The position numbers and the translations under genes are program-made. From an uncultured Anaerolineae bacterium (GTDB lineage: Bacteria; Chloroflexota; Anaerolineae; JAADDB01), in assembly GCA_964413905.1 (NCBI GenBank), contig CAYPUG010000002.1, positions 1 through 61,693 of the forward strand: 61,693 bases of DNA, in the 5' to 3' direction. This document shows, in pieces, positions 23,269-33,792 of the stretch. Every line of letters begins with the position of its first letter. Position 1 is the stretch's first letter. The notes below the pieces were generated by a model. The model was given only the letters and a program-made list of their open reading frames with translations. It did no database searches and was not told where the DNA came from.

Positions 23269-25824
23269 TCATGCCACATCCATCCCTAAGGCGACCCGAA
23301 GCAACGCTCGTGTTAACCGCTTTGTATCCCACCCGCCTTCCTCTTCCACCAACACAGGTCCCACACACGCGGGACAACCGTGTTCACACTCACACCTTTC
23401 CACCCGCTCCAAAGCCGCAGCCAACAGCTCCTCATGGACCTCATACAAACGTTCGGCCAAACCAATCCCCCCGGGCACGTTATCGTACAAGGTGATTGTT
23501 GGTAGGCCCGTAGCAACACCCTGAGCCTCCACAACCTGCCCGATATCGCCCGCCGCGGTCACAGCAAACAACGGGGCCAGTTGTCCGATCGCGTACGCTA
23601 ATCCACTGAACCCCGTGCGCAAGCGCACCCCCGCTTCGGCCAGACGATGGCACCGGGAGCACAATGTGATGAGATTGTCCAGTCGATTGGCTGCCTTGTA
23701 CGCGTCGTTCACGCCCGGCACGTAGCCAAAAGTGCGGAAAGGACGGATGTGGTGAACGTGTAACGGCCGCTCGGGTGTATGGGGAGCACCACATCGCCGA
23801 CACCGGTACCCATCCCGCTCTAATGCCCGACGCCGTTGTTGCTCCCAATTGGGCCCGTAATCCTCAATAGCATCACTCCGCCAGGCGCCCACGGAGCGCA
23901 ACCGGTCCAATACCTCTTCAGTAAACGCGATCCAATAGGCTGTGGTTTCCAACTCTTGAGGCGGAACATCCACATCCTCGTATCCTAAGTGCTCGTGCGT
24001 ATACCACCGTACCTTGCGAAATCCGGTCACCCGGGAGCGAACGATCACATCCCCTCGAGCCCGAATGACACCGTGAACGTTCTCCCGTGCATGCTCTTGA
24101 AGGATGGTCAACGTCTCGCGGGTTATGGGCTGAGTGTAATACTCCACATGTGTCCGGCGCACACGGGCCACACCCGCGTCCCAATCCACGCTCTCCACTT
24201 GGTAGGGGATGGCTTCATGCAAGTACACGGCCCCGGGGTGCACCAACCGCGGGGCCGACGCCCGGTCCACTTCGCCCAAGGTGCGCGAGCGTCCTTCTTC
24301 CGACACCTGAATGACCACCCGTTCCGGTCCGGCCGTGCGTAAGGAGATCTCCTCGGCCGGATGACCTTCTCCCAACCAGTGATAACGCCCCTGCACGGAC
24401 CGCGCCTCACCACGCTCCACCAGAAAATCCAGCACCTCCTGGGTATGCGTGAAGCGGCCAAACGTCTCTCCCGAGGCAAAGGGGAGTTCAAACAGCGCAC
24501 ATCGCAGGTGGTCCACCAGAATGTGCAAGTTATCCGGCGCCAGGAGCGCGTGCTCAGGTTTTGCCGACAGAATAAAATCCGGATGCGTCACCAAATACTG
24601 ATCCAGAGCATTAGGGCCGGCCACAAAAACCCCCACACCTCCCTCACCCCGTCGCCCGGCCCGCCCGAACTGTTGCCATGTACTCGCCACACTGCCCGGA
24701 TATCCGAGAAGAATGGCCGCACCGAGCCCGCGTATGTCCACGCCCAACTCTAACGCGTTCGTCGCTACCACCGCCCGCACTGTACCTTCCCGAATTCCCC
24801 GTTCAATTTCCCGACGGGTTCGAGGCAAATACCCCCCTCGGTAACCACGAACAGATTGAGGGGGCAGGCCTAACCGGGTGACCGTATCCCGCAGGTACGT
24901 GAGGAGCACTTCTGTTGTACGTCGGGACGGCGTGAAAACCACCGTCTGAACATCATGCTGTAAGAAGTGTTCAACCCACTGCTGAACTTCAAACAACACG
25001 CTACGCCGCAACCCGGTCGCCGCGTCCAAGAGCGGAGGGTTATAAAAGATAATGGTTCGGGGAGGTTGGGGGGCGCCGTCGTCCTCCACCAAGAACACAT
25101 CCCGTTCAACGAGACGTTGAGCCACTTCACGCGGATTTCCCACTGTGGCCGAGGTCAAAACCATGCGCGGGTGTGAGCCGTAAAAACGGGTCACACGCCC
25201 GAGGCGACGTAACACATTAGCCACATGAGAACCAAACACCCCCCGGTAGATGTGAACCTCGTCAATCACCAGCAAACGCAAGCCCGTCCAGAAGGAGACC
25301 CAGCGGGTATGATAGGGCAAGAAACCATAATGCAACATGTCCGGGTTGGTCAAAATCACGCGGGCATGTTCTCGGATGCGAACCCGTTCCGCTCGCGGTG
25401 TGTCTCCATCGTACACGCCAAGCCACGCTTCCCGGTCCAACGCCCGCAAGAAGCCACGGAGCGCGTCGGCCTGGTCCTGGGCCAACGCTTTGGTGGGAAA
25501 GATGTAAAGCACACGCGCTTTAGGATCGCTAAGGAGGAAATGCAACGTCGCAAGTTGATACACCAAGCTCTTGCCCGACGCGGTCGCGGTGACCACCATC
25601 ACATTCCGGCCCGCGAGAAGATAGTGTAAACCTTGACTCTGGTGAATGTAAAGGCGAGGAATTCCCAATTGTTCCACGAGATTCCGTACCCGCGGGTGCA
25701 AGGTTGCAGGCCACGGGCCGTAGCGAGGCGGACGTGAAGCGAACACGCGCCAAGCCATTATCCGCTTCATAAAGCGCGGAGTACGTTGCAAAGCCTCGAG
25801 TGCGGATTGTACGGACATGCTCAA
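23269..25824 (-). CDS. MrfA/YprA-like DExH-box helicase with C-terminal DUF1998-type zinc module interrupted by an HNH nuclease domain
   Basis: Motif I TATASGKS, motif II DEVH, SAT, QQFGRAGRRG. HNH: DGYRCRRCG..HVHHIRP..DNLITLCSRCH. Terminal CECEHGCPACV. Confidence 0.85.
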   Translation of the reverse strand: MSMSVQSALEALQRTPRFMKRIMAWRVFASRPPRYGPWPATLHPRVRNLVEQLGIPRLYIHQSQGLHYLLAGRNVMVVTATASGKSLVYQLATLHFLLSDPKARVLYIFPTKALAQDQADALRGFLRALDREAWLGVYDGDTPRAERVRIREHARVILTNPDMLHYGFLPYHTRWVSFWTGLRLLVIDEVHIYRGVFGSHVANVLRRLGRVTRFYGSHPRMVLTSATVGNPREVAQRLVERDVFLVEDDGAPQPPRTIIFYNPPLLDAATGLRRSVLFEVQQWVEHFLQHDVQTVVFTPSRRTTEVLLTYLRDTVTRLGLPPQSVRGYRGGYLPRTRREIERGIREGTVRAVVATNALELGVDIRGLGAAILLGYPGSVASTWQQFGRAGRRGEGGVGVFVAGPNALDQYLVTHPDFILSAKPEHALLAPDNLHILVDHLRCALFELPFASGETFGRFTHTQEVLDFLVERGEARSVQGRYHWLGEGHPAEEISLRTAGPERVVIQVSEEGRSRTLGEVDRASAPRLVHPGAVYLHEAIPYQVESVDWDAGVARVRRTHVEYYTQPITRETLTILQEHARENVHGVIRARGDVIVRSRVTGFRKVRWYTHEHLGYEDVDVPPQELETTAYWIAFTEEVLDRLRSVGAWRSDAIEDYGPNWEQQRRRALERDGYRCRRCGAPHTPERPLHVHHIRPFRTFGYVPGVNDAYKAANRLDNLITLCSRCHRLAEAGVRLRTGFSGLAYAIGQLAPLFAVTAAGDIGQVVEAQGVATGLPTITLYDNVPGGIGLAERLYEVHEELLAAALERVERCECEHGCPACVGPVLVEEEGGWDTKRLTRALLRVALGMDVA

Positions 25825-25950
25825 TATCTGCCTATTTCTTTACTTCCTGCTGCTGGAACGACGCCAAAAGACACAGGGACATCCGCCGGGCATTAAAGAG
25901 AAGGAGTGTCCCGACACGTTCTTCTTCGCGGAGTTCGTTGCCATGTTGGA

Positions 25951-26799
25951 TCAGCGGGCAATGAGGATGGGCAAGGTCGTTTTACGCATCACATCCTCTA
26001 CAGTGCTGCCGAAGAAAATCTCCAAAAAGCGACGCCGGCCGTACGCGCCCATCGCGATCAAATCGCAGTGTTCCTCCTCAGCCACTTGGAGAATCACTTC
26101 GGCTTCATGACCGGACCGCAAGATCGCGCGAAATGTCACCCCACGCTCGGCCAGGAGTTGTGTCCCTTCTTCTAACACGGTCTTGCACGCGACCTTATCG
26201 GTGTCCACGGTGAGCAAAATAATTGTGCGGTTTCCAACTAAAGCAAGTTCCGCGGCAGCATCCAGGGCATCCCGCGAACGGTCACTTCCATCGTACGCGA
26301 CCAAGATGCGATGAATAGGACGCACTTCCCGAGGGACCCCCAACACAGGCACGGTGGCATGACGCACAACCGCCTCAAAGGCCGACCCTAGCAAGGGACC
26401 TCCTACACGAGCGCCGGCCCCTCGTCGTCCCATAACAATCACATCCGCGCTTCGGGCCCGGTCCAAAATGGTCTGTCCCACGTTCCCTTCCGTCAGTTCA
26501 GTCTCACAGGGGATGTGACGGGCAGCACATTGCTGCTTCGCTTGTTCGAGGACGGTTTCCCCCAAATCGTGCAACCCTTGGGTCAGCTGAGTGGCCCACT
26601 GCGCCCACGCGGAGCCCACTTCGGGGGTCAAAGATGTAGGAATGGCCGCGACAATGTACGGCAACTTGGTCACACGGGCGTCAATAACGTACAAGGCATA
26701 AATGGTGCCCCCCGTTTCCTGGGCGATGTCCATGGCCTGTTGCAAAGCGGCGAACCCGTATTCAGATCCATCTACGGCGACAAGTAAGTGTTTGAACAT
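25951..26799 (-). CDS. Universal stress protein, tandem UspA domains
   Basis: Two Usp-like halves, each ending in G..G.......GS..E.V.....PVL/PIL. Confidence 0.85.
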   Translation of the reverse strand: MFKHLLVAVDGSEYGFAALQQAMDIAQETGGTIYALYVIDARVTKLPYIVAAIPTSLTPEVGSAWAQWATQLTQGLHDLGETVLEQAKQQCAARHIPCETELTEGNVGQTILDRARSADVIVMGRRGAGARVGGPLLGSAFEAVVRHATVPVLGVPREVRPIHRILVAYDGSDRSRDALDAAAELALVGNRTIILLTVDTDKVACKTVLEEGTQLLAERGVTFRAILRSGHEAEVILQVAEEEHCDLIAMGAYGRRRFLEIFFGSTVEDVMRKTTLPILIAR

Positions 26800-26831
26800 T
26801 GATCCTTCTCCTTCACGTGCTTCCTAAGTAA

Positions 26832-26876
26832 CTGACAAAACTTTATGTAGGTACGTTGGCTTAAAAAGAGAAGAGG
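26832..26876 (+). repeat. Intergenic repeat family B, copy B2 (5'-truncated)
   Basis: CTGACAAAACTTTATGTAGGTACGTTGGCTTAAAAAGAGAAGAGG; GGCTTAAAAAGAGAAG is identical to B1. Lies between two minus-strand genes. Confidence 0.75.
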
Positions 26877-26922
26877 CGCCGAGATAGCATGAAACGCGAT
26901 GTGTCGGTCAATCAGACGTGAT

Positions 26923-27534
26923 TCACAAAGCCGGATGTTTTGCTATACCGCAACGCTGAGCGTATCTGAGAACGAAGTCATGACCCAACGCACGAAACCG
27001 CCCCCAATCCTGCCACGCGGGGGGCACCTGAAGCAACGCGTCCCGAATGTGCGGGAGATAGGAGAAAGACACCCACCGGAATTCGCTGATCTGTTCCTCC
27101 TCGTCTCCCGGCCGGACCACCGATGTTGAAATGTTGACCCGATATACATAGGACGCAAAGGTCAGGTGTTCATCCTCACACCGAATATCATAATCCAAAA
27201 TGCCGATGAAGCAATGATCCACGGCAGAGGCCCCTGTTTCTTCCCGTAACTCTCGCGCCAGGGCCTCCTCCACCGGTTCTCCCACTTGAACGCCCCCACT
27301 GAGCAGGCGAAAAGTGCCCGGAGGATAAAAGGCCTTGGTGTGAACCAGGATCCGGCCATCGGGGCCGACAACCACCAACAGCACTTCCGCGCGGCGACCG
27401 GGCTTGACAGGACGTCGATCCTCCCTTAGAAAATCCCGGCCCACATCCAGACGTACCCTTTCCAAGGGGAACGCGCCGTATCGGACACGCAAACGGCTGA
27501 ATTCTTCCTCGTCAATCGGTGTGGTCAAACGCAC
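26923..27534 (-). CDS. NUDIX hydrolase
   Basis: NUDIX box GGVQVGEPVEEALARELREETG. Start moved to the GTG at 27534, 5 nt after GGAGG, which removes the overlap with the upstream gene. Confidence 0.8.
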   Translation of the reverse strand: MRLTTPIDEEEFSRLRVRYGAFPLERVRLDVGRDFLREDRRPVKPGRRAEVLLVVVGPDGRILVHTKAFYPPGTFRLLSGGVQVGEPVEEALARELREETGASAVDHCFIGILDYDIRCEDEHLTFASYVYRVNISTSVVRPGDEEEQISEFRWVSFSYLPHIRDALLQVPPAWQDWGRFRALGHDFVLRYAQRCGIAKHPAL

Positions 27535-27565
27535 GATCACCTCCGCTAAGAGAAGAGATAAACGC

Positions 27566-29476
27566 CTATTCCGGTGAACGTCCCACATGATGCCAGGCGG
27601 CGATATTCCACGTCCACGGCGTAAACGTTCCTAGGTCAACGCCTTTCCACCCGCGACGCCAAGCCAGCACGCGAGGGCGTTGAAAGAGAGGAATCACCGG
27701 CAGATCGCCGGCAAAGTATGCTTGGTGTTTCGCGTATAACTCGGCCCGTTTCTCCCTTGCGAGATGAGCCGTCGCCTCATATACGGTGAGAGACGCGTCA
27801 GGACGGGCCCAGCCGCTCACATTCCCCCCCTGCCAACCGTTGTTTTCCTGGGGAATACTTGCCGCGTGAAGGATTTCATCGCCGGATTCGCAAGATCGGT
27901 CGGCAGCCGCCGCGTACAGACTTCCATCCCCCCGACGGCAGATGGTGTTTCCCAACCAAAGATACCGCCCATCGGGGTCTGGACCCGCCTGCCAAGCGAA
28001 CAAGGCCAAATCAAATTCTCGGCGCCACAAAGGAGATCCTGGGGCGAAAAGCTGTTCGGCCGGGAGGGCGCGCATGCTCACCCGTACCCCTACTCGGGCT
28101 AACTGGATGCGTACCTCCTCGGCCGCATGGGCCAACACCGCATCCCCCTGCACAGTAAGAAGTGTTACGGAGAACGGGTGACCTTCATCTATCTTCCACT
28201 CCGTGCCGTCCCAGAACGTACCCGTTACTTCATGCGCCTCCCGCATCCCGTCCTTATCTTCGTCTCGCCACCCCACTTCATCCAGCAACTGAGCTGCCCG
28301 GGCGAGGTTTACATTTCCTTCCCGTAAGGTGGACTGGAAACGATATGCCCAGGAACCGGGGAGAATCCATGAGCCCATGGGAGACCCTAAACCGTAGGTG
28401 GCCTTCTCCCGAACGCGCGCGCGATCCAACGACAAGATGACGGATTGTCGGGTCCGCACATCGGCGAAAAAGGGCAGACGACCCTTCGGAGGCCAAGTGT
28501 TGAAGTCCAAGTGAACCCAGGTTGAGCCCGGGACGGACGTATAAGCGATAATGTGTTCCTCCCTGGCCGTGTCCAACAGAGGACGCATGGACGCGTCCAA
28601 CAGTGTTGGCGAGAGGACGTCACACTCTCCCGCGACGAGGGCGGTCAACGCGGCCAACGGCTTGGCAAAGAACTTCACCCGCACTTGCTCTAACGTGGGA
28701 CGCGCTCCCGGATAATGGGGATTGCGCACAAAAAGCATATCCTCATCTGTCCACCGTACCAGGCGAAAGGGCCCATAAGCGGGCCAATGCCGGGACAGGT
28801 CATCAGGCGAGTGTCCGGCCTTGAGCCAAGGACCTGGATATGGACCGAAGACATAGGTGGGATACAGGGGGGTCATTACCCCATTTCGCAGGATGACGGT
28901 AAACGTACGATCGCTATCGGCGATCACATCGGCCACTTCCGCGGCGCGTGCCCTGGTCGAGGGCGTTCCCCGTCCCCGGAGAGCCGCGAGCCAGGCCAGG
29001 CGAAAATCATCGGCCGTCACCTGGGTACCGTCCTCCCAACGAATGCCCTCGCGAATGTGATACGTTACCTCGAGATGCCCGTCCGGCCCTTCTTCCCCCA
29101 CTAAGCGGGCATCTCCGTTCTCTAACGTGGGTACCCGCTCGAACACGTCTGAACCCCATCGTCCTTGGGGGTCTTGAATGACGGTCAGGCCGCCCAACAA
29201 CCCACGGAGTGCCCAAGCATCCTCCCCGACCGCAAATAGGGGATCCAGCGTCGCGGGCCGCTTACGCAGGCAAAGGACGATATCACGGCGGGGTGCCCGG
29301 GGTTCAGGTGTGACGATCTCGGTGATCACGCGGGTCACGACCACGGTTCGTTCCACAGGAGTGGGTGACGGCCCCGGGGGCGCGGTAGGTGTCGAAGATG
29401 TGCGGCAACCGGACAAGTAAAGGGATAACAATACAAACGCGATCACCCCGAACAGCACATATTGTGTTCTTTGCAT
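27566..29476 (-). CDS. ABC transporter substrate-binding lipoprotein, family 5 (peptide/nickel type), second copy in the locus
   Basis: Lipobox LYLSGC, P/T then V/T/E-rich linker (VERTVVVTRVITEIVTPEP), SBP_bac_5-like body. Confidence 0.85.
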   Translation of the reverse strand: MQRTQYVLFGVIAFVLLSLYLSGCRTSSTPTAPPGPSPTPVERTVVVTRVITEIVTPEPRAPRRDIVLCLRKRPATLDPLFAVGEDAWALRGLLGGLTVIQDPQGRWGSDVFERVPTLENGDARLVGEEGPDGHLEVTYHIREGIRWEDGTQVTADDFRLAWLAALRGRGTPSTRARAAEVADVIADSDRTFTVILRNGVMTPLYPTYVFGPYPGPWLKAGHSPDDLSRHWPAYGPFRLVRWTDEDMLFVRNPHYPGARPTLEQVRVKFFAKPLAALTALVAGECDVLSPTLLDASMRPLLDTAREEHIIAYTSVPGSTWVHLDFNTWPPKGRLPFFADVRTRQSVILSLDRARVREKATYGLGSPMGSWILPGSWAYRFQSTLREGNVNLARAAQLLDEVGWRDEDKDGMREAHEVTGTFWDGTEWKIDEGHPFSVTLLTVQGDAVLAHAAEEVRIQLARVGVRVSMRALPAEQLFAPGSPLWRREFDLALFAWQAGPDPDGRYLWLGNTICRRGDGSLYAAAADRSCESGDEILHAASIPQENNGWQGGNVSGWARPDASLTVYEATAHLAREKRAELYAKHQAYFAGDLPVIPLFQRPRVLAWRRGWKGVDLGTFTPWTWNIAAWHHVGRSPE

Positions 29477-29496
29477 GGCTCAGTACCCAATAGAAA

Positions 29497-29526
29497 ACGG
29501 GGATGGACGCGACGGTCCACCCCCGT
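29497..29526 (-). terminator. Rho-independent terminator/attenuator after the second ATPase gene
   Basis: The minus strand reads ACGGGGGTGGACCGTCGCGTCCATCCCCGT followed by TTTCTATT. Confidence 0.6.
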
Positions 29527-29546
29527 GGCGATCTCGAGAATGGAGA

Positions 29547-30575
29547 TTACACCATATAGCACGCGACGTAGTGCCCTCCCCCTTTATCCTCTAGAGGTGG
29601 ATGATCCTGTACATCACATACTCCTTGTTTGGCCATAGGACACCGGTCGTAGAAGCGGCAGCGCGGTGGCGGGTTGATGGGTGTCGTCACGCTGCCGCGG
29701 ATCTCGATGACCTCCCGCTTGTACGTAGGGTCAGGTATAGGCACTGCGGAGAGCAGCGCCTTGGTGTAGGGATGCAGGGGATGACGCAAGAGTTCCTCGG
29801 TCTCGGCCATCTCCACGATCTTTCCCAGGTACATGACCGCGATGTGATCGCACATGTAGCGGGCTACAGCCAGATCGTGGGTGATGTAGAGGTAGGAAAT
29901 GTTGAACTGCTCGGCCAGATCTTGCATCAATTGCATCACGCCGGTGCGCACGGACACGTCCAACATGGAGGTGGGCTCGTCAGCAACCACGAAGGAGGGG
30001 TTAATGATGAGGGCTCGAGCGATGGCCACACGTTGGCGCTGCCCACCGGACAACTCGTGGGGGTAGCGGAACATGAAGGATTCGGGCGGCGTGAGCCCGA
30101 CCAAAGCCAGGAGTTCGGCCACTCGTTCCTCGCGCTCGGCCACAGTGCCGATGCCTTGAACGGCCATGGGTTCGGCCACGATGTCATATATGGTCAACCG
30201 CGGATTCATGGACTCATACGGGTCCTGAAAGATCATTTGTACATGGCGGCGAAAGCGCTTGAGTGCCTTGCCGTGTAATTGGGATACATTCACATACCCC
30301 TCTTGCGCGCCCCCCTCGATCTCCGCGGCCACATCTTCACCCAAGTGGAATTTGATGTCTCCTTCGGTAGGGTCGAGCAGACGAACTAGCAATTTTCCCG
30401 TTGTTGTTTTTCCACATCCACTCTCGCCGACTAAGCCCAAACTCTGGCCGGGCATAATTTCAAAGGAGAGGCCATCCACCGCGTGGATGAAGTCACGGGC
30501 TTTTCGGAACAAGCCCTTGCTCACGGGAAACCACTTATGCAGGTTTTCGACTTTCACCAACGGTTGCGAACTCAT
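29547..30575 (-). CDS. Oligopeptide/dipeptide ABC transporter ATP-binding protein (OppF/DppF-like)
   Basis: Walker A GESGCGKTT, signature LSGGQRQR, Walker B FVVADEP, C-terminal Cys-containing oligopeptide domain. Confidence 0.9.
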   Translation of the reverse strand: MSSQPLVKVENLHKWFPVSKGLFRKARDFIHAVDGLSFEIMPGQSLGLVGESGCGKTTTGKLLVRLLDPTEGDIKFHLGEDVAAEIEGGAQEGYVNVSQLHGKALKRFRRHVQMIFQDPYESMNPRLTIYDIVAEPMAVQGIGTVAEREERVAELLALVGLTPPESFMFRYPHELSGGQRQRVAIARALIINPSFVVADEPTSMLDVSVRTGVMQLMQDLAEQFNISYLYITHDLAVARYMCDHIAVMYLGKIVEMAETEELLRHPLHPYTKALLSAVPIPDPTYKREVIEIRGSVTTPINPPPRCRFYDRCPMAKQGVCDVQDHPPLEDKGGGHYVACYMV

Positions 30576-31546
30576 GCATTCTCCTCCCCAACAGGATGCC
30601 AGCAGGCAGCAAGATGCCCGGGATTAAAGGTACGATAGTCCGGTTCTTTCTCCTTGCATATTTCCGTCGCGTACGCGCATCGCGGATGGAAACGACAACC
30701 CGAAGGTGGTTCCAACAGGTTGGGCAGTTCGCCAGGGATAGTGATAAGTTGACGTTTTTCACCGTGAATGCTCGGGAACGCGTGGAGCAACGCCTCGGTG
30801 TAACGATGTTTCGGCCGAAGGAAGATATCCTCAGCCGTGCCGATTTCCACGAGTTTGCCGGCGTACATAACCGCGATGCGATGGCTGATCTCGGCCACGA
30901 CCGCGATGTCGTGGGTGATGTAGATCATGGCCATGTTGAGTTCTTTCTGAATTTTCAGCAACTCCTGGAGAATCCGATGCTGGACAATCACATCCAACGC
31001 GGTGGTGGGCTCATCCGCGATGAGCACGTCCGGGTCGCAGGAAAGCGCCATGGCAATGATGGCCCGCTGCCTCATCCCACCGCTGTACTCGTGAGGATAC
31101 CGGTCCATGAGCGCGGGATCCAACCCCACCAGCTCGAAGAGTTCGGCCACTTTACGCCGGGCTTCCTCGCCATAAGCGACGCCGTGATTCTCCATCGCCT
31201 CGATAATCTGATCTCCCACCCGGTACACGGGGTTGAGCGTGTTCATCGCGGCTTGGAAGATCATCGCGATGCGCTTCCACCGGTAGCGTCGCATCTCCTC
31301 TTCCGGCAATTCCAGGAGATCCACCCCCTGCATCCACACGTGTCCCCCTTTGATATGCGCGTTCTCCGGCAGAAGGCGCATTAGCGTGAAAGCAACCGAA
31401 CTTTTGCCACTCCCGGATTCTCCCACGACGCCCAGGACTTCGCCCGGGTGGAGTTCAAAACTCACATCATCAACCGCGTGTACATCCCCTTTACGGGTGC
31501 TGTAGTGCATGGTCAAGTGTTCTACAGAAAGAACGGGTTCTGCCAT
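30572..31546 (-). CDS. Oligopeptide/dipeptide ABC transporter ATP-binding protein (OppD/DppD-like)
   Basis: Walker A GESGSGKSS, signature YSGGMRQR, LIADEPTTALD; ATGA overlap with the downstream ATPase gene. Confidence 0.9.
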   Translation of the reverse strand: MAEPVLSVEHLTMHYSTRKGDVHAVDDVSFELHPGEVLGVVGESGSGKSSVAFTLMRLLPENAHIKGGHVWMQGVDLLELPEEEMRRYRWKRIAMIFQAAMNTLNPVYRVGDQIIEAMENHGVAYGEEARRKVAELFELVGLDPALMDRYPHEYSGGMRQRAIIAMALSCDPDVLIADEPTTALDVIVQHRILQELLKIQKELNMAMIYITHDIAVVAEISHRIAVMYAGKLVEIGTAEDIFLRPKHRYTEALLHAFPSIHGEKRQLITIPGELPNLLEPPSGCRFHPRCAYATEICKEKEPDYRTFNPGHLAACWHPVGEENA

Positions 31547-31602
31547 TCTCGCGTACTCCTTGCTGGGCTAGATCGTCACTGACGCCTCTCTATGTCTACA
31601 CG

Positions 31603-32571
31603 TTATCGTTGTCGCAGTCTGGGGTTTACCACCTCATCGAGGGCTCGTCCTACTAAGTAGAAAGCCGAGCACAGGAGGGTAATGGCTAAACCGGCCGGCA
31701 CAACTAACCACCAGTACTTACCGCCGCTGAGCAAGTAGCCCGCGGTCTGGGTGGTGTGGATCATAATGCCCCAGGACATGCGGATGTTAATCAAACCGAA
31801 GAAAGAAAGCACGGCTTCGGAGAAGATGGCCCCGGTTACGGTAAACATCATGTACAGGAAGGAGAGGGGTAACAGGTTCGGAATGAAATGCACCAAAATA
31901 ATATGCCTGTCACTGCCTCCGGCCACCCGGGCCGCCTCGATATATGGCTTCACTTTGATAATGAGGGCCTGTGATTTGATGATGACGGTCGTCCCTCCGA
32001 AGCCCGACAGCACACCGATGACCAATGCTAGCTTAAACATGCTCAGGTTGAAGAGGGCGCTAAGCACAATGAGAATGGAGATGAAGGGAAGCATAATCAC
32101 CAAGTCGGCCAGACGCATGAAGAACGTGTCCACCACTCCTCCATAATACGCGGACACCGCGCCGATGGCGGTTGCGATGGTCACAGTAATGAGCGCGGCC
32201 ACAACGCCCAGGATGAACTCCGTCTGGGTGCTGTACATGAGTTGGCTAAGCACATCCCGGCCCAACGGATCTGTGCCCAACAGGTGCTTGGCCGAAGGCG
32301 GAGCGGGATGCATTAAAATATCAAAATCATATCCTGTCACGGGATCATAAATGGTGGGATCCCACACCGTCTTCATCAGAATAGGGTGGAGGATGCCCAT
32401 TAACGCGAAGAAGAGGATGATGCCCAACCCCACCAGGCCGACGGGGTTTTCCTTAAACAGGGCCCAATTGGTTTTCAAGCTCTTCCAGAACAAGCGAAGG
32501 CGAACACGCCATAACGGTTGGATGGCTACACTCGCCTGGGCAGTTGTCGGTTCCGTCACGTTCCACCTCAC
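31603..32571 (-). CDS. Peptide ABC transporter permease (OppC/DppC-like)
   Basis: Multi-pass membrane protein with the N-terminal OppC-type region and an EAARVAGGSD EAA loop. Confidence 0.85.
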   Translation of the reverse strand: MRWNVTEPTTAQASVAIQPLWRVRLRLFWKSLKTNWALFKENPVGLVGLGIILFFALMGILHPILMKTVWDPTIYDPVTGYDFDILMHPAPPSAKHLLGTDPLGRDVLSQLMYSTQTEFILGVVAALITVTIATAIGAVSAYYGGVVDTFFMRLADLVIMLPFISILIVLSALFNLSMFKLALVIGVLSGFGGTTVIIKSQALIIKVKPYIEAARVAGGSDRHIILVHFIPNLLPLSFLYMMFTVTGAIFSEAVLSFFGLINIRMSWGIMIHTTQTAGYLLSGGKYWWLVVPAGLAITLLCSAFYLVGRALDEVVNPRLRQR

Positions 32572-32596
32572 TCAAAAGGAGTTGTCGGATACATTA

Positions 32597-33748
32597 TTAT
32601 GTGTAGCGTATGCGAGGATCTAAGTACGCGTACAGGATATCCGCGACCAAGTGGGCGAAAAGTGCCAAAATACCGGTAAAGGAAAACGCGCCCATGGCCA
32701 GCGGGATATCCTCTTGCACCACCGCGGACAGGAGGGTTAAGCCCATTCCTGGCCAGGAGAAAATAGTCTCGGTAATAACACCTCCATCAATAGCGAAAGC
32801 CAGGCTGAAGACAAAACTGGTGACCACGGGGAGCAACGCAGTGCGGGCCGCGTGTTTATCTCGCACCACTTTTTCTGGCAAGCCTTTGGCCCGGGCCGCG
32901 AGAATGTAATCCTCCTTCATGGTTTCCAAGAGGCTGTTACGGGTAAGGAGCATGGTGCCTGCGAAGGAAATAAGTGTTAGGGTCAGGATGGGCAGAGCCA
33001 TGTGCCATAGAATATCCAACGCGTAGCGCCCCAAGGGCGAGTTCATCCACGGCGCCAAGGCCACCACCACGCCGGCAAGCAGCGAGGCCCATCCGGAAAA
33101 GCGCCGCCAGGGCAGAGGCGATCGGCGTAGCAATAGGACAACGACCAAGGCCACCACCCCGCCGACCAGGCCGCTGATGATCATGCGGTAGAACACATGA
33201 TTGGCGTCAATAGGCGCGTTGCGCCACAAGGAAGGGGTGATGAACTTCCCGGTGGGGAAGAGATCGAGTTTGTAGGAAAACAGCCAAATCATCATCAAAG
33301 CGAACCACGGCGTGAACACCGTGTACATGGTCACTCCAAAGATGGTGGTTCCGTATTCAAAGGCTCCCCCGCGTTTCCAGGCCAACAGTTTCCCCAAGGC
33401 AAACCCTACATAAAAAGAAATAATCGTAGCGCTGAAGAAGAGCACAAGCGTACGAGGAATACGTTCCTTGATGACATCGATCACCGGACGAGGGTAGTTG
33501 CTGAAGGAGACGCCCAGATTTCCAGTGAGGAAGTTCTTCATGTACTGCACGTACTGGAGGTAGGCCGGTTTATCCAAACCGAGTTCGGCACGAATTTTCT
33601 CACGGGTTTCAGGGGGGATTTTAGGATTCAGCAGGTACTGGTCGGTGATGTCTCCGGGTTGGGCGTACAAGAGGAAGAACGTTAACGTTTGGAAGAGGAA
33701 GAACGTGAAGATGATCTGCAAAAGTCGCCTTAACACGTATCGCGTCAT
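32597..33748 (-). CDS. Peptide ABC transporter permease (OppB/DppB-like)
   Basis: N-terminus MTRYVLRRLLQ, typical of OppB; ARAKGLPE EAA loop; AAGGAG RBS. Confidence 0.85.
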   Translation of the reverse strand: MTRYVLRRLLQIIFTFFLFQTLTFFLLYAQPGDITDQYLLNPKIPPETREKIRAELGLDKPAYLQYVQYMKNFLTGNLGVSFSNYPRPVIDVIKERIPRTLVLFFSATIISFYVGFALGKLLAWKRGGAFEYGTTIFGVTMYTVFTPWFALMMIWLFSYKLDLFPTGKFITPSLWRNAPIDANHVFYRMIISGLVGGVVALVVVLLLRRSPLPWRRFSGWASLLAGVVVALAPWMNSPLGRYALDILWHMALPILTLTLISFAGTMLLTRNSLLETMKEDYILAARAKGLPEKVVRDKHAARTALLPVVTSFVFSLAFAIDGGVITETIFSWPGMGLTLLSAVVQEDIPLAMGAFSFTGILALFAHLVADILYAYLDPRIRYT

Positions 33749-33792
33749 CGCCGATCACGTCTCCTTGAAGTTTGAAAATCACGGATAGGTGG

